A DNA stretch of 32,000 bases. Source: Moraxella nasicaprae. Lineage in GTDB: Bacteria; Pseudomonadota; Gammaproteobacteria; Pseudomonadales; Moraxellaceae. Position 1 is the first letter of the stretch. Every line of letters starts with the position of its first letter. This document shows positions 15,617 to 24,321 of the stretch, piece after piece. Below the pieces are notes generated by a model. The model made no database searches. It saw only the letters and a list, made by a program, of their open reading frames with translations, and had not been told where the DNA came from. A program made the translations under genes and the position numbers. The stretch covers positions 390,001-422,000 of the forward strand of contig NZ_CP089977.1 of the NCBI RefSeq assembly GCF_025643275.1. Direction: 5' to 3'.

Positions 15617-16090
15617 TCATCGATATTGACTGGGGCTAAATTTGGATAAAACAACCAATTTGGCAAACTTATTTTTTGGCAACATGTCATCAAAAATCAG
15701 TACCGTCATCGACCGCTTTTTTGGCAAAATGATAAAAAACTGCAAACCAATCACTTGTGCCACGCCCAAATCAGCGTGCCATACTTTGACCAAATAGCCT
15801 TGCCATAGCTGCTTAGGCTGAGCAAACAAAACACTCTCAATCTGCCAAAGTTCATCAATGCTTTGTGTGCCAAGTGATACAATGCGTCGCTCTATTGCCC
15901 ACCATACCATCAAGCCCACACAAACCGATAGCCAAACCAACCAATGCCACCAAGACAAATTGGCTGCCAATAGCAATATCGAAAAACAGGCAACCACTCC
16001 CAATAAAATCCACCATCGGCGATAAGAAAACCCCAAATCAATCTGCAAATCCAGACGATTTTTTGAGTGTGATGATGGACGATTTGGCAT
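15617..16090 (-). CDS. YgfX-like inner-membrane protein (CptA-like partner of SdhE)
   Basis: 157 aa with two adjacent Trp-rich TM helices (RRWWILLGVVACFSILLLAANLSWWHWLVWLSVCVGLMVWW), then a soluble domain. The ATG lies 3 nt after the sdhE stop, the same arrangement as E. coli ygfY-ygfX. Confidence 0.6.
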   Translation of the reverse strand: MPNRPSSHSKNRLDLQIDLGFSYRRWWILLGVVACFSILLLAANLSWWHWLVWLSVCVGLMVWWAIERRIVSLGTQSIDELWQIESVLFAQPKQLWQGYLVKVWHADLGVAQVIGLQFFIILPKKRSMTVLIFDDMLPKNKFAKLVVLSKFSPSQYR

Positions 16091-16093
16091 AAA

Positions 16094-16348
16094 TCAACTG
16101 GCGTATTTGAGTGCTTTTAGTTTTTGAATCAATGCCCATACCGCCTCTTCGGCTGGTCGCTCTTGCTCCAAAAAAAACAGCAGCAAATCAGGGTCTTCAT
16201 AGCCAAGCAAGGTTTCAAACGCTTTTTGCTCATCAGCATCTGCATTTAGATAGTGCGACTTGACATAAGGGTCAATATAAAAATCCAGCTCTTTTAATCC
16301 ACGGCGTGCCTGATAAATGATACGGCGTTGAGCATCGGTTGGGGTCAT
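16094..16348 (-). CDS. sdhE: FAD assembly factor SdhE (succinate dehydrogenase flavinylation factor, YgfY/DUF339)
   Basis: 84 aa with the signature RRGLKELD (RGxxE motif) and conserved EDPDL. GGAG lies 6 nt before the ATG. Confidence 0.9.
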   Translation of the reverse strand: MTPTDAQRRIIYQARRGLKELDFYIDPYVKSHYLNADADEQKAFETLLGYEDPDLLLFFLEQERPAEEAVWALIQKLKALKYAS

Positions 16349-16380
16349 GATTCACTCCATCAAAAAAAAGGTTCTGGTTC

Positions 16381-16420
16381 AAAAAGTATGCTACAAAAAA
16401 CCCAGTTTGGCATACTTTTT
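16381..16420. terminator. orphan terminator-like hairpin 32 nt upstream of the sdhE start
   Basis: AAAAAGTATGC (16381..16391) pairs with GCATACTTTTT (16410..16420), and CAAA/TTTG inside the loop can extend the stem. A/T runs on both sides allow it to work in either orientation. Confidence 0.45.
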
Positions 16421-16671
16421 AGACCACTACCCAAAAAATCAACCACTTGCTTTGGCAAATGATAAATATTTAAAAAAATTTTAAGATAACCACAAACAGC
16501 CAGCCACATCAGCGTTTTATTTTTGGCGGTGTTATCTTGTTTTGGTGTCATCGCCATATATTAACAGATTTGGGCATCACTTGGCAAAATCGCCAAGCCA
16601 AAAAAATCATGACCTTGCAAACTAATTTCATTAAAACAATCATCTTTTTGCCCATGATTGATGTATTATTC

Positions 16672-16702
16672 AAAAAAAATAAACGCCCAATCATGAGCGT
16701 TT
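16672..16702 (-). terminator. probable terminator after the DUF4126 gene
   Basis: The stem AAACGC/GCGTTT has a 10-nt loop. On the minus strand it is followed by ATTTTTTTT. It lies 11 nt downstream of the stop at 16713. Confidence 0.5.
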
Positions 16703-16712
16703 TTATATCAAA

Positions 16713-17291
16713 TCATTGAGCTTGACTGGTAAATTTGCGTTTTAATCTGACCATCAGCCAAATCAAGACAATCACACCAATCACTGCAATCGCCATACCC
16801 AGCACAGGCATAAAAATCGTCAATGCTGACAAACCAACCGCAGCACCTGTCTCTGCCATGCCAAAAGCAGGATTGGCAGTGCCAGCTGTCGTGGCGGTCG
16901 ATACCGCACGAGTGGCTGCCGAAGTACCTTTAATAGTGGCGGCAGCTCCACCGCCAGCCACGATTGCCAACGCCCAAGTGGTTGCAGGGCTAAAATCAGT
17001 CAGCGTGCTTGCCATCACCAAAGTACCAGCCACGCCCGCCAATGGCACAGCAATGGTGTCTAACAGATTATCCACCACAGGCACCAGATAGCCAATGGAT
17101 TCCACCACGCTTGCCACACCCAAAATCACTAAGGCGTACACACTGCCGACCCACTGCCAAGTCTCATTGAGCGGAATGACGCCAAAATAGGACGCCAGCG
17201 ACAATCCAAACAATGGCACAAAAACTCGAAAACCAGAACTTGCCGCAAGCCCGATACCTAAGCAAATACTCAATATCATCTCGATGGTCAT
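16713..17291 (-). CDS. DUF4126-like integral membrane protein
   Basis: 192 aa. The N-terminus GLAASSGFRVFVPLFGLSLA and an Ala/Thr/Gly-rich central region fit my recollection of DUF4126. The ATG overlaps the dacB stop (ATGA, 17288..17291). Confidence 0.6.
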   Translation of the reverse strand: MTIEMILSICLGIGLAASSGFRVFVPLFGLSLASYFGVIPLNETWQWVGSVYALVILGVASVVESIGYLVPVVDNLLDTIAVPLAGVAGTLVMASTLTDFSPATTWALAIVAGGGAAATIKGTSAATRAVSTATTAGTANPAFGMAETGAAVGLSALTIFMPVLGMAIAVIGVIVLIWLMVRLKRKFTSQAQ

Positions 17292-18823
17292 GACGATTTC
17301 TCACTTACATTGGTTGATGGTTGCTGGGTATTGGTGGGCGATGACGATTTGCCAAAAACAGCAATCTCCTTGATGATTTCATCAATGATACTGATGCCAT
17401 GTCCATTGATGCCAGCATTTTGAGCATTGACAAACACGACCACCACATACCAATTATCCGCACCATCTTTGGCATAACCTGCCACCGATGCCACATCATT
17501 GAGCGTGCCTGTTTTTAGCCATGCACGCCCAATGGCTGGGCTGTCTGGGTGTCTTTTGGCAAATGCCGCCATCGTGCCAGCCTGCCCCACCACAGGCAAT
17601 GACGCCAATAATGGTTCAAATACCTCAGATTGATAAGCATATCTTAATAGGTTTGCCATCGAAGTTGGGCTGATTTGGCAATCACGGCACAAACCAGAGG
17701 CTCGGCTCATTTTAGGTGGTTTGCCATCAATCTTCTTTTGCCACCAGTCATTGATAAAAGCAAATGCCTGTGTATAATCACTGCGTGTCGCCCCAGCAAA
17801 TAATGGTAGACTCAACGCCAGTTGTTCAGTCATCACATTATTAGAAAACTGGTTGATGTCGCGCACCTGCTCAGCAAGCGATTTGGAAAAATGACGCACG
17901 ATGGGAAATTTGGCTTGCCGTTCTGCCAATTTGTCAGCATCAAACTGCTCGTCAATAAAACGCACCTTGCCAGCAAATGTTGGGTCCAACTTTTGCCATT
18001 CGCCCTTGACCGCTTTAATGGCAAACTCTGACGAATCCCCAAAAGCCAGCCACTTGCTATTTTTGGCACATTGATTGGAAATTACACCATGAAGGCTTAG
18101 CTGGCTTTTGCTCAACTCCATTTTTGGTTCATTGGCTCGGTTGCACTCCCCAGATGATGCAGCGATACTGCTTGGTGATTCAAAATCTGCCAAAGTTGGC
18201 GATACCTGCACCAAAGCACGACTTTCGCCAATCGCAGGAGTAATCTCCACTTCAATCGTACCAAAATTCACCAAAAACGCATGCGGTGATGCATTATAAG
18301 CACGGGACGACTGTCCGTCAAAAGCCCCTGTATCAAATGCCACATTGCCAAAAGCACGATCGTCAATGATGATGTCGCCTGTGATGTGCCAAACGCCCTT
18401 TTCTTTTAAGGCACCAAGCAGATTGCGTAGTTGTCCATAGGTCATCGCAGGGTCACCAGATGCCACGATGACAACATCGCCATAAAGCACACCACCCACG
18501 ACCACGCCATGCTGATAAATGGTGGTTGTCCAACGATAATCCGCCCCCATATTATCTAGGGCGGCAATGGTGCTGACCAATTTTTGAGTAGAGGCTGGTG
18601 TTTTGACATCATCAATCTGATGATGGATTTGATAGCCTGCCACCGATTTGTCCATCGGTTCAACCAGCACGCCCACCGCCGATGGCTCAATGTGTGCCTC
18701 AGTCAGTTTGGCTTGTATATTACTGGGCAAATCAGCCCAAGCCTGAATACTTGCCAGCAAACAAATGGGTAGTGATTTTTTTATCCAGCCAGTGGCAACA
18801 TTCATAGAATACATCAATCTCAT
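17288..18823 (-). CDS. dacB: D-alanyl-D-alanine carboxypeptidase/endopeptidase, PBP4 (peptidase S13)
   Basis: The SxxK (PASTQKL), SxN (QFSNNVM) and KTG (LKTGTLNDV) motifs occur in the order and spacing of PBP4, with an N-terminal signal sequence (LLASIQAWA). The exact start (18823, 18814 or 18805) is unresolved because none has a clear RBS. Confidence 0.85.
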   Translation of the reverse strand: MRLMYSMNVATGWIKKSLPICLLASIQAWADLPSNIQAKLTEAHIEPSAVGVLVEPMDKSVAGYQIHHQIDDVKTPASTQKLVSTIAALDNMGADYRWTTTIYQHGVVVGGVLYGDVVIVASGDPAMTYGQLRNLLGALKEKGVWHITGDIIIDDRAFGNVAFDTGAFDGQSSRAYNASPHAFLVNFGTIEVEITPAIGESRALVQVSPTLADFESPSSIAASSGECNRANEPKMELSKSQLSLHGVISNQCAKNSKWLAFGDSSEFAIKAVKGEWQKLDPTFAGKVRFIDEQFDADKLAERQAKFPIVRHFSKSLAEQVRDINQFSNNVMTEQLALSLPLFAGATRSDYTQAFAFINDWWQKKIDGKPPKMSRASGLCRDCQISPTSMANLLRYAYQSEVFEPLLASLPVVGQAGTMAAFAKRHPDSPAIGRAWLKTGTLNDVASVAGYAKDGADNWYVVVVFVNAQNAGINGHGISIIDEIIKEIAVFGKSSSPTNTQQPSTNVSEKSS

Positions 18824-18831
18824 GATTTATA

Positions 18832-19122
18832 TTAGCTAAAATATTTTTGCAAACCTTCATTAATGCCAGCACTAATAGCACCTTTGAGTGGCTTGGCAAA
18901 AAACCCCAAGTTGGCTTCAAAAACAATCTTATCAGCCGTCAAAGTAGCCTTGGCATCAACGCCAGCCTTACTGATGCTGGCAGTGTCTTGCTCGACCCCT
19001 TCAACATAATTGGCTGTCAGACCAAATTGCGACTCAGCCTCTGCCAGCCACTGTTTGGCATACTGTCTGGCGGTCAAAAAATCAAATTGATGTTGTTTTT
19101 CAATCAAAATATCACTCATCAT
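18832..19122 (-). CDS. putative polyhydroxyalkanoic acid system family protein (PHA_gran_rgn-like)
   Basis: 96 aa. The overall pattern (MSDI-I-E--H, ...GVDAKATL..DKIVFEANLGFFAKPLKGAI...I...L) matches my recollection of that ~90-aa family. The stop lies 8 nt before the dacB ATG. Confidence 0.55.
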   Translation of the reverse strand: MMSDILIEKQHQFDFLTARQYAKQWLAEAESQFGLTANYVEGVEQDTASISKAGVDAKATLTADKIVFEANLGFFAKPLKGAISAGINEGLQKYFS

Positions 19123-19214
19123 ACACCTTTATCATGGTAATCAGCCCGTCTATTGTAACTGAATCTTGACCAAAATATGAGTATTATTGTGATGATAATT
19201 TGTAATCATCATCA

Positions 19215-19251
19215 CAAAACCCCTTTAATCACAATATTTAAAGGGGTTTTG
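19215..19251. terminator. terminator hairpin after dcd
   Basis: The 14-bp perfect stem CAAAACCCCTTTAA/TTAAAGGGGTTTTG has a 9-nt loop and lies 25 nt downstream of the dcd stop. Confidence 0.65.
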
Positions 19252-19275
19252 TTGATACAGACAGCGGGCGATATA

Positions 19276-19851
19276 TCAAGTTTTTGGCAAAGTCACGCCC
19301 GTTTGTCCTTGATATTTACCGCCACGGTCTTTGTAAGAGGTTTCGCACACATCATCAGCATCTGATTGGAAAAATAGCATCTGAGCCACACCTTCGCCTG
19401 CATAAATACGAGCTGGCAGATTGGTGGTGTTACTAAATTCTAGGGTAACATGACCTTCCCATTCAGGCTCTAAGGGCGTAACATTGACAATGATACCGCA
19501 GCGAGCGTAGGTGGATTTACCAAGACAGATGGTCAAAACATCTCGTGGAATCTTAAAATATTCCATCGTCCGAGCCAAGGCAAATGAGTTTGGCGGAATG
19601 ATACACTCATCGCCCACGATGTCAATGAAGCTGTTTGGGTCGAAATTTTTTGGGTCAACGATGGCAGAATGCACATTGGTAAACACTTTAAACTCTCTGG
19701 CACAACGCACATCGTAGCCATAGCTTGAAGTGCCATAACTGACCAGTTTGTCGCCCTGCTCATTATAGCGAACTTGATTTGGCTCAAATGGCTCAATCAT
19801 GCCATGCTCTTGTGCCATTTTGCGAATCCAGCGATCGGATTTGATAGACAT
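19276..19851 (-). CDS. dcd: dCTP deaminase
   Basis: 191 aa. [24 protein letters not shown]...SYGYDVRC...VDPK and the C-terminal [11 protein letters not shown] are highly characteristic of Dcd. Confidence 0.95.
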   Translation of the reverse strand: MSIKSDRWIRKMAQEHGMIEPFEPNQVRYNEQGDKLVSYGTSSYGYDVRCAREFKVFTNVHSAIVDPKNFDPNSFIDIVGDECIIPPNSFALARTMEYFKIPRDVLTICLGKSTYARCGIIVNVTPLEPEWEGHVTLEFSNTTNLPARIYAGEGVAQMLFFQSDADDVCETSYKDRGGKYQGQTGVTLPKT

Positions 19852-20137
19852 AGTTTGCCCTTTTTTGATAACTTTGGTCGATTTGGTGCATTATATGCTA
19901 TTTACCATCATTTTTGTAGCCATTGATTGCAAATCATTGATTTTTGGTTGGCTGACCGACCAAGACCCTCGCTCATTAGCAACCATCGCACGCCACCAAA
20001 AAAATTCACAGTCCAGTACACAAAAAATGTCAGCACCGCACAATGGCAATTCTTGATGAATTTGACTATAATAATTCTTATCAAGTCCCAAAAAATAATC
20101 TTAACTGACGCACATCGCTAACATCTTACCAAATTTT

Positions 20138-20725
20138 ATGAAAAAAAAGCCACGCTCAACCACCCCAAAAACCACCAATCAAGTTCGCATCATTGGCGGT
20201 ATGCATAAACGCCGACTGCTTAGCTTTATTGATGCTGATGGATTAAGACCCACGCCAGACCGTATGCGTGAGACATTATTTAATTGGCTTATGGGGCATC
20301 TCAGTGATGCCACCGTGCTTGATGTTTGTGCTGGTAGCGGTGTTTTGGGTGCAGAATGCCTATCTCGTGGAGCAAAATTCGCCACATTCATTGAATACCA
20401 AACCGCCCAAGCCAAGCTACTAAGCGACAACCTAAACACCCTGCGTCTTAGCGAGCAAAGCCAAGTCATTGCAGGCGATGCCTTGACCAAATTACCCAGC
20501 TTAACACAAACTTATGACATCGTATTCATTGACCCACCATACGCACTTAATCTATGGCAAAAACTGCTCAATATCTTGCAGGACAATAAACTGATACACC
20601 AAGATAGCCTGATTTATTTGGAAGCTGATAAAAGCATTGAGACCATCATCAATCTTGATGATTATCACATCATCAAAAACACAAAAACAGGTCAAGTGCA
20701 CAGCTATCTATTGCAAATCGCCTAA
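20138..20725 (+). CDS. rsmD: 16S rRNA (guanine966-N2)-methyltransferase
   Basis: 195 aa with RIIGGMHKRRLL, RPTPDRMRETLFNW, the SAM motif LDVCAGSGVLGAECLSRGA and catalytic FIDPPY. Confidence 0.88.
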   Translation: MKKKPRSTTPKTTNQVRIIGGMHKRRLLSFIDADGLRPTPDRMRETLFNWLMGHLSDATVLDVCAGSGVLGAECLSRGAKFATFIEYQTAQAKLLSDNLNTLRLSEQSQVIAGDALTKLPSLTQTYDIVFIDPPYALNLWQKLLNILQDNKLIHQDSLIYLEADKSIETIINLDDYHIIKNTKTGQVHSYLLQIA

Positions 20726-20827
20726 AAAACACACAAACAATCGCCCAAATACAAATTTTTATTGCCAAGTCATTGGGTGTGGCATAGAATAAAGCCTTCT
20801 TAATCACTATTGATAGAGCGTGATAAT

Positions 20828-21010
20828 ATGAAATCACTAAAAATCGTTATTCTGCTGACCGCTTGTTTTAGCTTGCAAGCCTGCGTGCATAAACTAGTTA
20901 CCGTCCCTGCCAAAATCGCCTATAAAACCACCAAAGGCGTGGTCAAAGGTACGGTTGCTGTTGGTAAAGCCATCATTCCTGGCGACAGTAGCGACAAAGA
21001 TAAAAAATAA
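20828..21010 (+). CDS. small lipoprotein (60 aa)
   Basis: Start at ATG 20828 gives MKSLKIVILLTACFSLQAC with a lipobox LQA-C, followed by a Lys/Val/Thr-rich mature peptide. A terminator follows. Confidence 0.6.
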   Translation: MKSLKIVILLTACFSLQACVHKLVTVPAKIAYKTTKGVVKGTVAVGKAIIPGDSSDKDKK

Positions 21011-21031
21011 TCTGCCAGACAGCCCATCAAG

Positions 21032-21057
21032 CACCAAAAATTCTTTTTGGTGTTTTT
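21032..21057 (+). terminator. rho-independent terminator after the lipoprotein gene
   Basis: CACCAAAAA TTC TTTTTGGTG followed by TTTTT. Confidence 0.6.
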
Positions 21058-21089
21058 GTTAAAATATGAAAAAACATTGAACGAAACAG

Positions 21090-21119
21090 TTGCATTAAAT
21101 TGCCAAAATAGGCTATAAT
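21090..21119 (+). promoter_or_regulatory. candidate promoter of rplM-rpsI
   Basis: TTGCAT (21090..21095), an 18-nt spacer and TATAAT (21114..21119), ~115 nt upstream of rplM. Confidence 0.5.
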
Positions 21120-21234
21120 GTGGGCTGTTTTTTGAGAGCCCTTCGTTTCCCAACTCTGAAAAACAAATAAAATCAGGCAATCGCTTGAATTTTTTATTTG
21201 TATTACTCTCAAACTCAACTTAAATAGGTTTTAT

Positions 21235-21666
21235 ATGACTACTACTATCAGTGCCAAACCAGCTGAAGTTGTACATGACTGGTATGTCGTGGACGCCGAA
21301 GGCAAAACGCTAGGTCGCCTAGCTACTGAAATTGCATCTCGTCTGCGTGGCAAACACAAGCCATCGTACACCCCACATGTTGATACTGGCGATTATATCG
21401 TGGTTATCAATGCTGACAAGATTTCTGTTACTGGCAAAAAAGCTCAGGATAAGAAATACTATCGTCACACTGGTTATCCAGGCGGCATCAAAGAGACCAA
21501 TTTCACCAAACTTCTTGCTCACAAGCCAGAAGATGTGTTGCATAAAGCTGTTAAAGGCATGCTTCCAAAAGGTCCTTTGGGCTATGCAATGATTAAAAAG
21601 CTAAAACTGTATGCAGGTACTGAACATCCGCACGCAGCACAGCAACCTAAAGTACTAGACATCTAA
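21235..21666 (+). CDS. rplM: 50S ribosomal protein L13
   Basis: 143 aa. [45 protein letters not shown] is an unmistakable L13 sequence. Confidence 0.97.
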   Translation: MTTTISAKPAEVVHDWYVVDAEGKTLGRLATEIASRLRGKHKPSYTPHVDTGDYIVVINADKISVTGKKAQDKKYYRHTGYPGGIKETNFTKLLAHKPEDVLHKAVKGMLPKGPLGYAMIKKLKLYAGTEHPHAAQQPKVLDI

Positions 21667-21678
21667 TAAGGAGACATT

Positions 21679-22065
21679 ATGGAACGCAATTACGGCACTG
21701 GTCGCCGCAAGACTTCTACCGCTCGTGTCTTCTTGTCTAAAGGCACAGGTAACATCGTTGTAAACGGTAAATCACTAGACGAATACTTTGGTCGTGAAAC
21801 TTCTCGTATGGTTGTTCGTCAGCCGCTAGAACTTCTAGAACTAACTAATAGTGTTGATTTGTACATCACTGTTGTTGGTGGTGGTATCAACGGTCAAGCA
21901 GGTGCAATCCGTCACGGCATCACTCGTGCATTGATTGAATCTGACGAAAGCTACAAACCAGCTCTTCGCGCTGCTGGCTTTGTTACCCGTGATGCTCGTG
22001 AAGTTGAGCGTAAAAAATTGGGTCTACGCAAAGCTCGTCGTCGTCCACAATTCTCAAAGCGTTAA
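21679..22065 (+). CDS. rpsI: 30S ribosomal protein S9
   Basis: 128 aa. [14 protein letters not shown] and the C-terminal [12 protein letters not shown] are canonical S9. GGAG lies 6 nt before the ATG. Confidence 0.97.
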   Translation: MERNYGTGRRKTSTARVFLSKGTGNIVVNGKSLDEYFGRETSRMVVRQPLELLELTNSVDLYITVVGGGINGQAGAIRHGITRALIESDESYKPALRAAGFVTRDAREVERKKLGLRKARRRPQFSKR

Positions 22066-22083
22066 TTTTTTATCGTTTTTTGG

Positions 22084-22113
22084 AAAAATCCCCATTTTAT
22101 TGGGGATTTTTTT
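22084..22113 (+). terminator. rho-independent terminator after rpsI
   Basis: The 11-bp stem AAAAATCCCCA/TGGGGATTTTT has a 6-nt loop and a T-run. Confidence 0.75.
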
Positions 22114-22508
22114 ATGTCAGTCATTATTTTCACAAAAAAAATCGTCAAACACCCCTGTTTTACCCATAGAAAAATTAGGGAAAATTTGGTAAAATATTCA
22201 GTTGCAAATAAGCAATATTTCTAAACATTGGTAAAGATTGAGAGATGTTGATGTATTTGATTATTTTTTATAATCATTTTAATAAAAATATCTTTGCAAT
22301 CACTCCTTTTTTATGAATTCATTAAAATTTTTGCGACTTTTTTACTCAACTTTGTAAGAGAGTAATTTATTTTATTACAAAAATAGCTTAAAATAGTCAT
22401 ATTTAGCAAAATAGGCACAGCAAATGTGGTTTTTTATGGCGAAATTGTTTTGCCATAGCCACACACCCAGTATGGGAATTACCCCTTTCTTTTTTGGAGG
22501 AAGTTCTA

Positions 22509-23093
22509 ATGAGCCATGCCGAAGGCGTCAATGTAAAACGCCGTAGAGTCCTAATCGCAACCACCGCTGCCGTTGGTGCTGTCGGTGTTGGTGCGATTGC
22601 CACCCCATTTGTCCGTTCTTGGTATCCAAGTGCCAAAGCAGAAGCTGCTGGTGCAGCTGTCGTTCAAGACATTGCTGGCGTTGAAAACGGTCAAATGATT
22701 ACCGTTAAATATCGTGGCAAACCAATCTTTGTTGTTAAACGCACCGAAGAAATGATTGCAAACCTAGAAAAGGTAACACCAAAACTGAGCGATCCAAACT
22801 CAGAAGCATCTGTGCAACCTGAAGAATGTAAAAATCCAACACGCTCACTACAACCGCAGATTTTGGTTGTTGAAGGTGTTTGCACCCATTTGGGCTGTGC
22901 ACCAACATTCCGACCTGAGGTTGGTGCTGCTGACTTAGGCGGTGCAGACTGGTATGGTGGTTTCTTCTGTCCTTGTCACGGTTCACTATATGACTTAGCG
23001 GGTCGTGTTTATAGCGGCGTTCCTGCACCAGCAAACCTACCTGTGCCAATTTATAGTATTGATGGTACAATCCTAACTGTTGGAGAGGTGTAA
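22509..23093 (+). CDS. petA: ubiquinol-cytochrome c reductase Rieske iron-sulfur subunit
   Basis: Start at ATG 22509 with GGAGG 8 nt upstream. A Tat-type signal KRRRVLIATTAA and the Rieske boxes CTHLGC and CPCHGS are present. Confidence 0.93.
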   Translation: MSHAEGVNVKRRRVLIATTAAVGAVGVGAIATPFVRSWYPSAKAEAAGAAVVQDIAGVENGQMITVKYRGKPIFVVKRTEEMIANLEKVTPKLSDPNSEASVQPEECKNPTRSLQPQILVVEGVCTHLGCAPTFRPEVGAADLGGADWYGGFFCPCHGSLYDLAGRVYSGVPAPANLPVPIYSIDGTILTVGEV

Positions 23094-23094
23094 G

Positions 23095-24321
23095 ATGAGT
23101 ATCGCTAAGAAATTCATGGGCTGGATAGATGCTCGCTATCCAGCAACAGAGACCTATGAATATCATATGTCAAAATACTATGCACCAAAAAACTTTAACT
23201 TTTGGTACTTCTTTGGTGTTTTGTCAATGGTTGTCTTGGTGAACCAATTGGTTACTGGTATCTGGCTAACCATGATGTTCAACCCAAGTGCCGAAGGTGC
23301 ATTTGCTTCACTAGAATACATCATGCGTGATGTCAAAGGTGGCTGGCTCATTCGCTACATGCACTCAACAGGTGCATCAGCTTTCTTTATCGTGGTATAT
23401 CTACACATGTTCCGTGGCTTGATGTATGGCTCGTACAAAAAACCTCGTGAGTTGGTTTGGCTTATCGGTATGGGTATCTACCTATGCTTGATGGCAGAAG
23501 GCTTCTTTGGTTATCTACTACCTTGGGGTAACATGTCGTACTGGGGTGCTCAGGTTATTCTAAACCTACCAGCGGCTATTCCATTCATCGGTGATGCTTT
23601 GGCAGAATGGGTGCGAGGCGACTACCTGATTTCTGGTATTACTCTAAACCGTTTCTTTGCTCTTCATGTAATTGCTATTCCTTTGGTATTGGTTGGCTTG
23701 GTATTCATGCACTTGGTTGCCTTGCACCATGTTGGCTCAAACAACCCAGATGGCATTGACATCAAAAAACTAAAAGACAAAAACGGTGTACCACTAGATG
23801 GTGTACCATTCCACCCTTACTACACCGTGCATGATATGGTTGGTATCGTGGTGTTCTTCATCTGTTTCTTTGCAGTGGTATTCTTTGTACCAGAAGGTGG
23901 TGGTTATTTCTTAGAAAAACCAAACTTTGAAGTGGCAAATGCTCTAAAAACACCGCCACACATTGCTCCTGTTTGGTACTACATGCCATTCTATGCCATC
24001 TTGCGTGCTGTACCACACAAACTAGGCGGTGTCATCGCAATGGGTGCTGCAATTGCTGTGTTGTTCGTATTGCCTTGGCTAGACCGTTCACCAGTGCGTT
24101 CAATTCGATACAAGGGCATTTTGTCAAAAATCGCTTTGGCAATCTTTGTGGTTAGCTTCATTATTCTGGGCTACTTAGGTGGCACGGCTTCCACACCAAC
24201 AGCAACCATTATTGGTCGTATCTGTACCGTCCTATATTTCTTGTATTTCCTATTGATGCCATTCTACACCTCAATTGAGAAATGCAAACAACCACCTGAA
24301 CGAGTAACCGGAGGTCACTAA
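23095..24321 (+). CDS. petB: cytochrome b
   Basis: Start at ATG 23095 (MSIAKKFMGWIDARYP) with GGAG 8 nt upstream. Polytopic, with the conserved RYMHSTGASAFF, PWGNMSYWGA and heme-ligand His contexts. Confidence 0.95.
   Translation: MSIAKKFMGWIDARYPATETYEYHMSKYYAPKNFNFWYFFGVLSMVVLVNQLVTGIWLTMMFNPSAEGAFASLEYIMRDVKGGWLIRYMHSTGASAFFIVVYLHMFRGLMYGSYKKPRELVWLIGMGIYLCLMAEGFFGYLLPWGNMSYWGAQVILNLPAAIPFIGDALAEWVRGDYLISGITLNRFFALHVIAIPLVLVGLVFMHLVALHHVGSNNPDGIDIKKLKDKNGVPLDGVPFHPYYTVHDMVGIVVFFICFFAVVFFVPEGGGYFLEKPNFEVANALKTPPHIAPVWYYMPFYAILRAVPHKLGGVIAMGAAIAVLFVLPWLDRSPVRSIRYKGILSKIALAIFVVSFIILGYLGGTASTPTATIIGRICTVLYFLYFLLMPFYTSIEKCKQPPERVTGGH

Noticed and set aside
16421-16671. Possibility that the sdhE upstream spacer encodes 6S RNA (ssrS lies in a ygf region in E. 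coli)
   Set aside because: The sequence is very AT-rich and I cannot fold it into the long end-to-end helix with a central bubble. A covariance-model scan would be needed.
16360-16719. 65-aa (minus) and 60-aa (plus) ORFs in the sdhE upstream spacer
   Set aside because: Both run through strong hairpins, lack RBSs and have odd composition. The interval is treated as non-coding (see the finding on a possible sRNA or attenuator).
16735-17091. 118-aa plus-strand Ala/Thr/Val-rich ORF
   Set aside because: It is antisense to the DUF4126-like gene. GC-rich Ala/Gly/Thr codons read open on both strands, and the minus-strand frame is coupled to dacB and has the family N-terminus.
20920-21218. 86-aa and 63-aa minus-strand ORFs between the lipoprotein gene and rplM
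   Set aside because: They overlap the lipoprotein gene end, its terminator and the rplM promoter. They have no RBS and low-complexity products.
22735-23166. 143-aa minus-strand ORF across petA/petB
   Set aside because: It is antisense to the Rieske and cytochrome b genes, both of which have diagnostic motifs.
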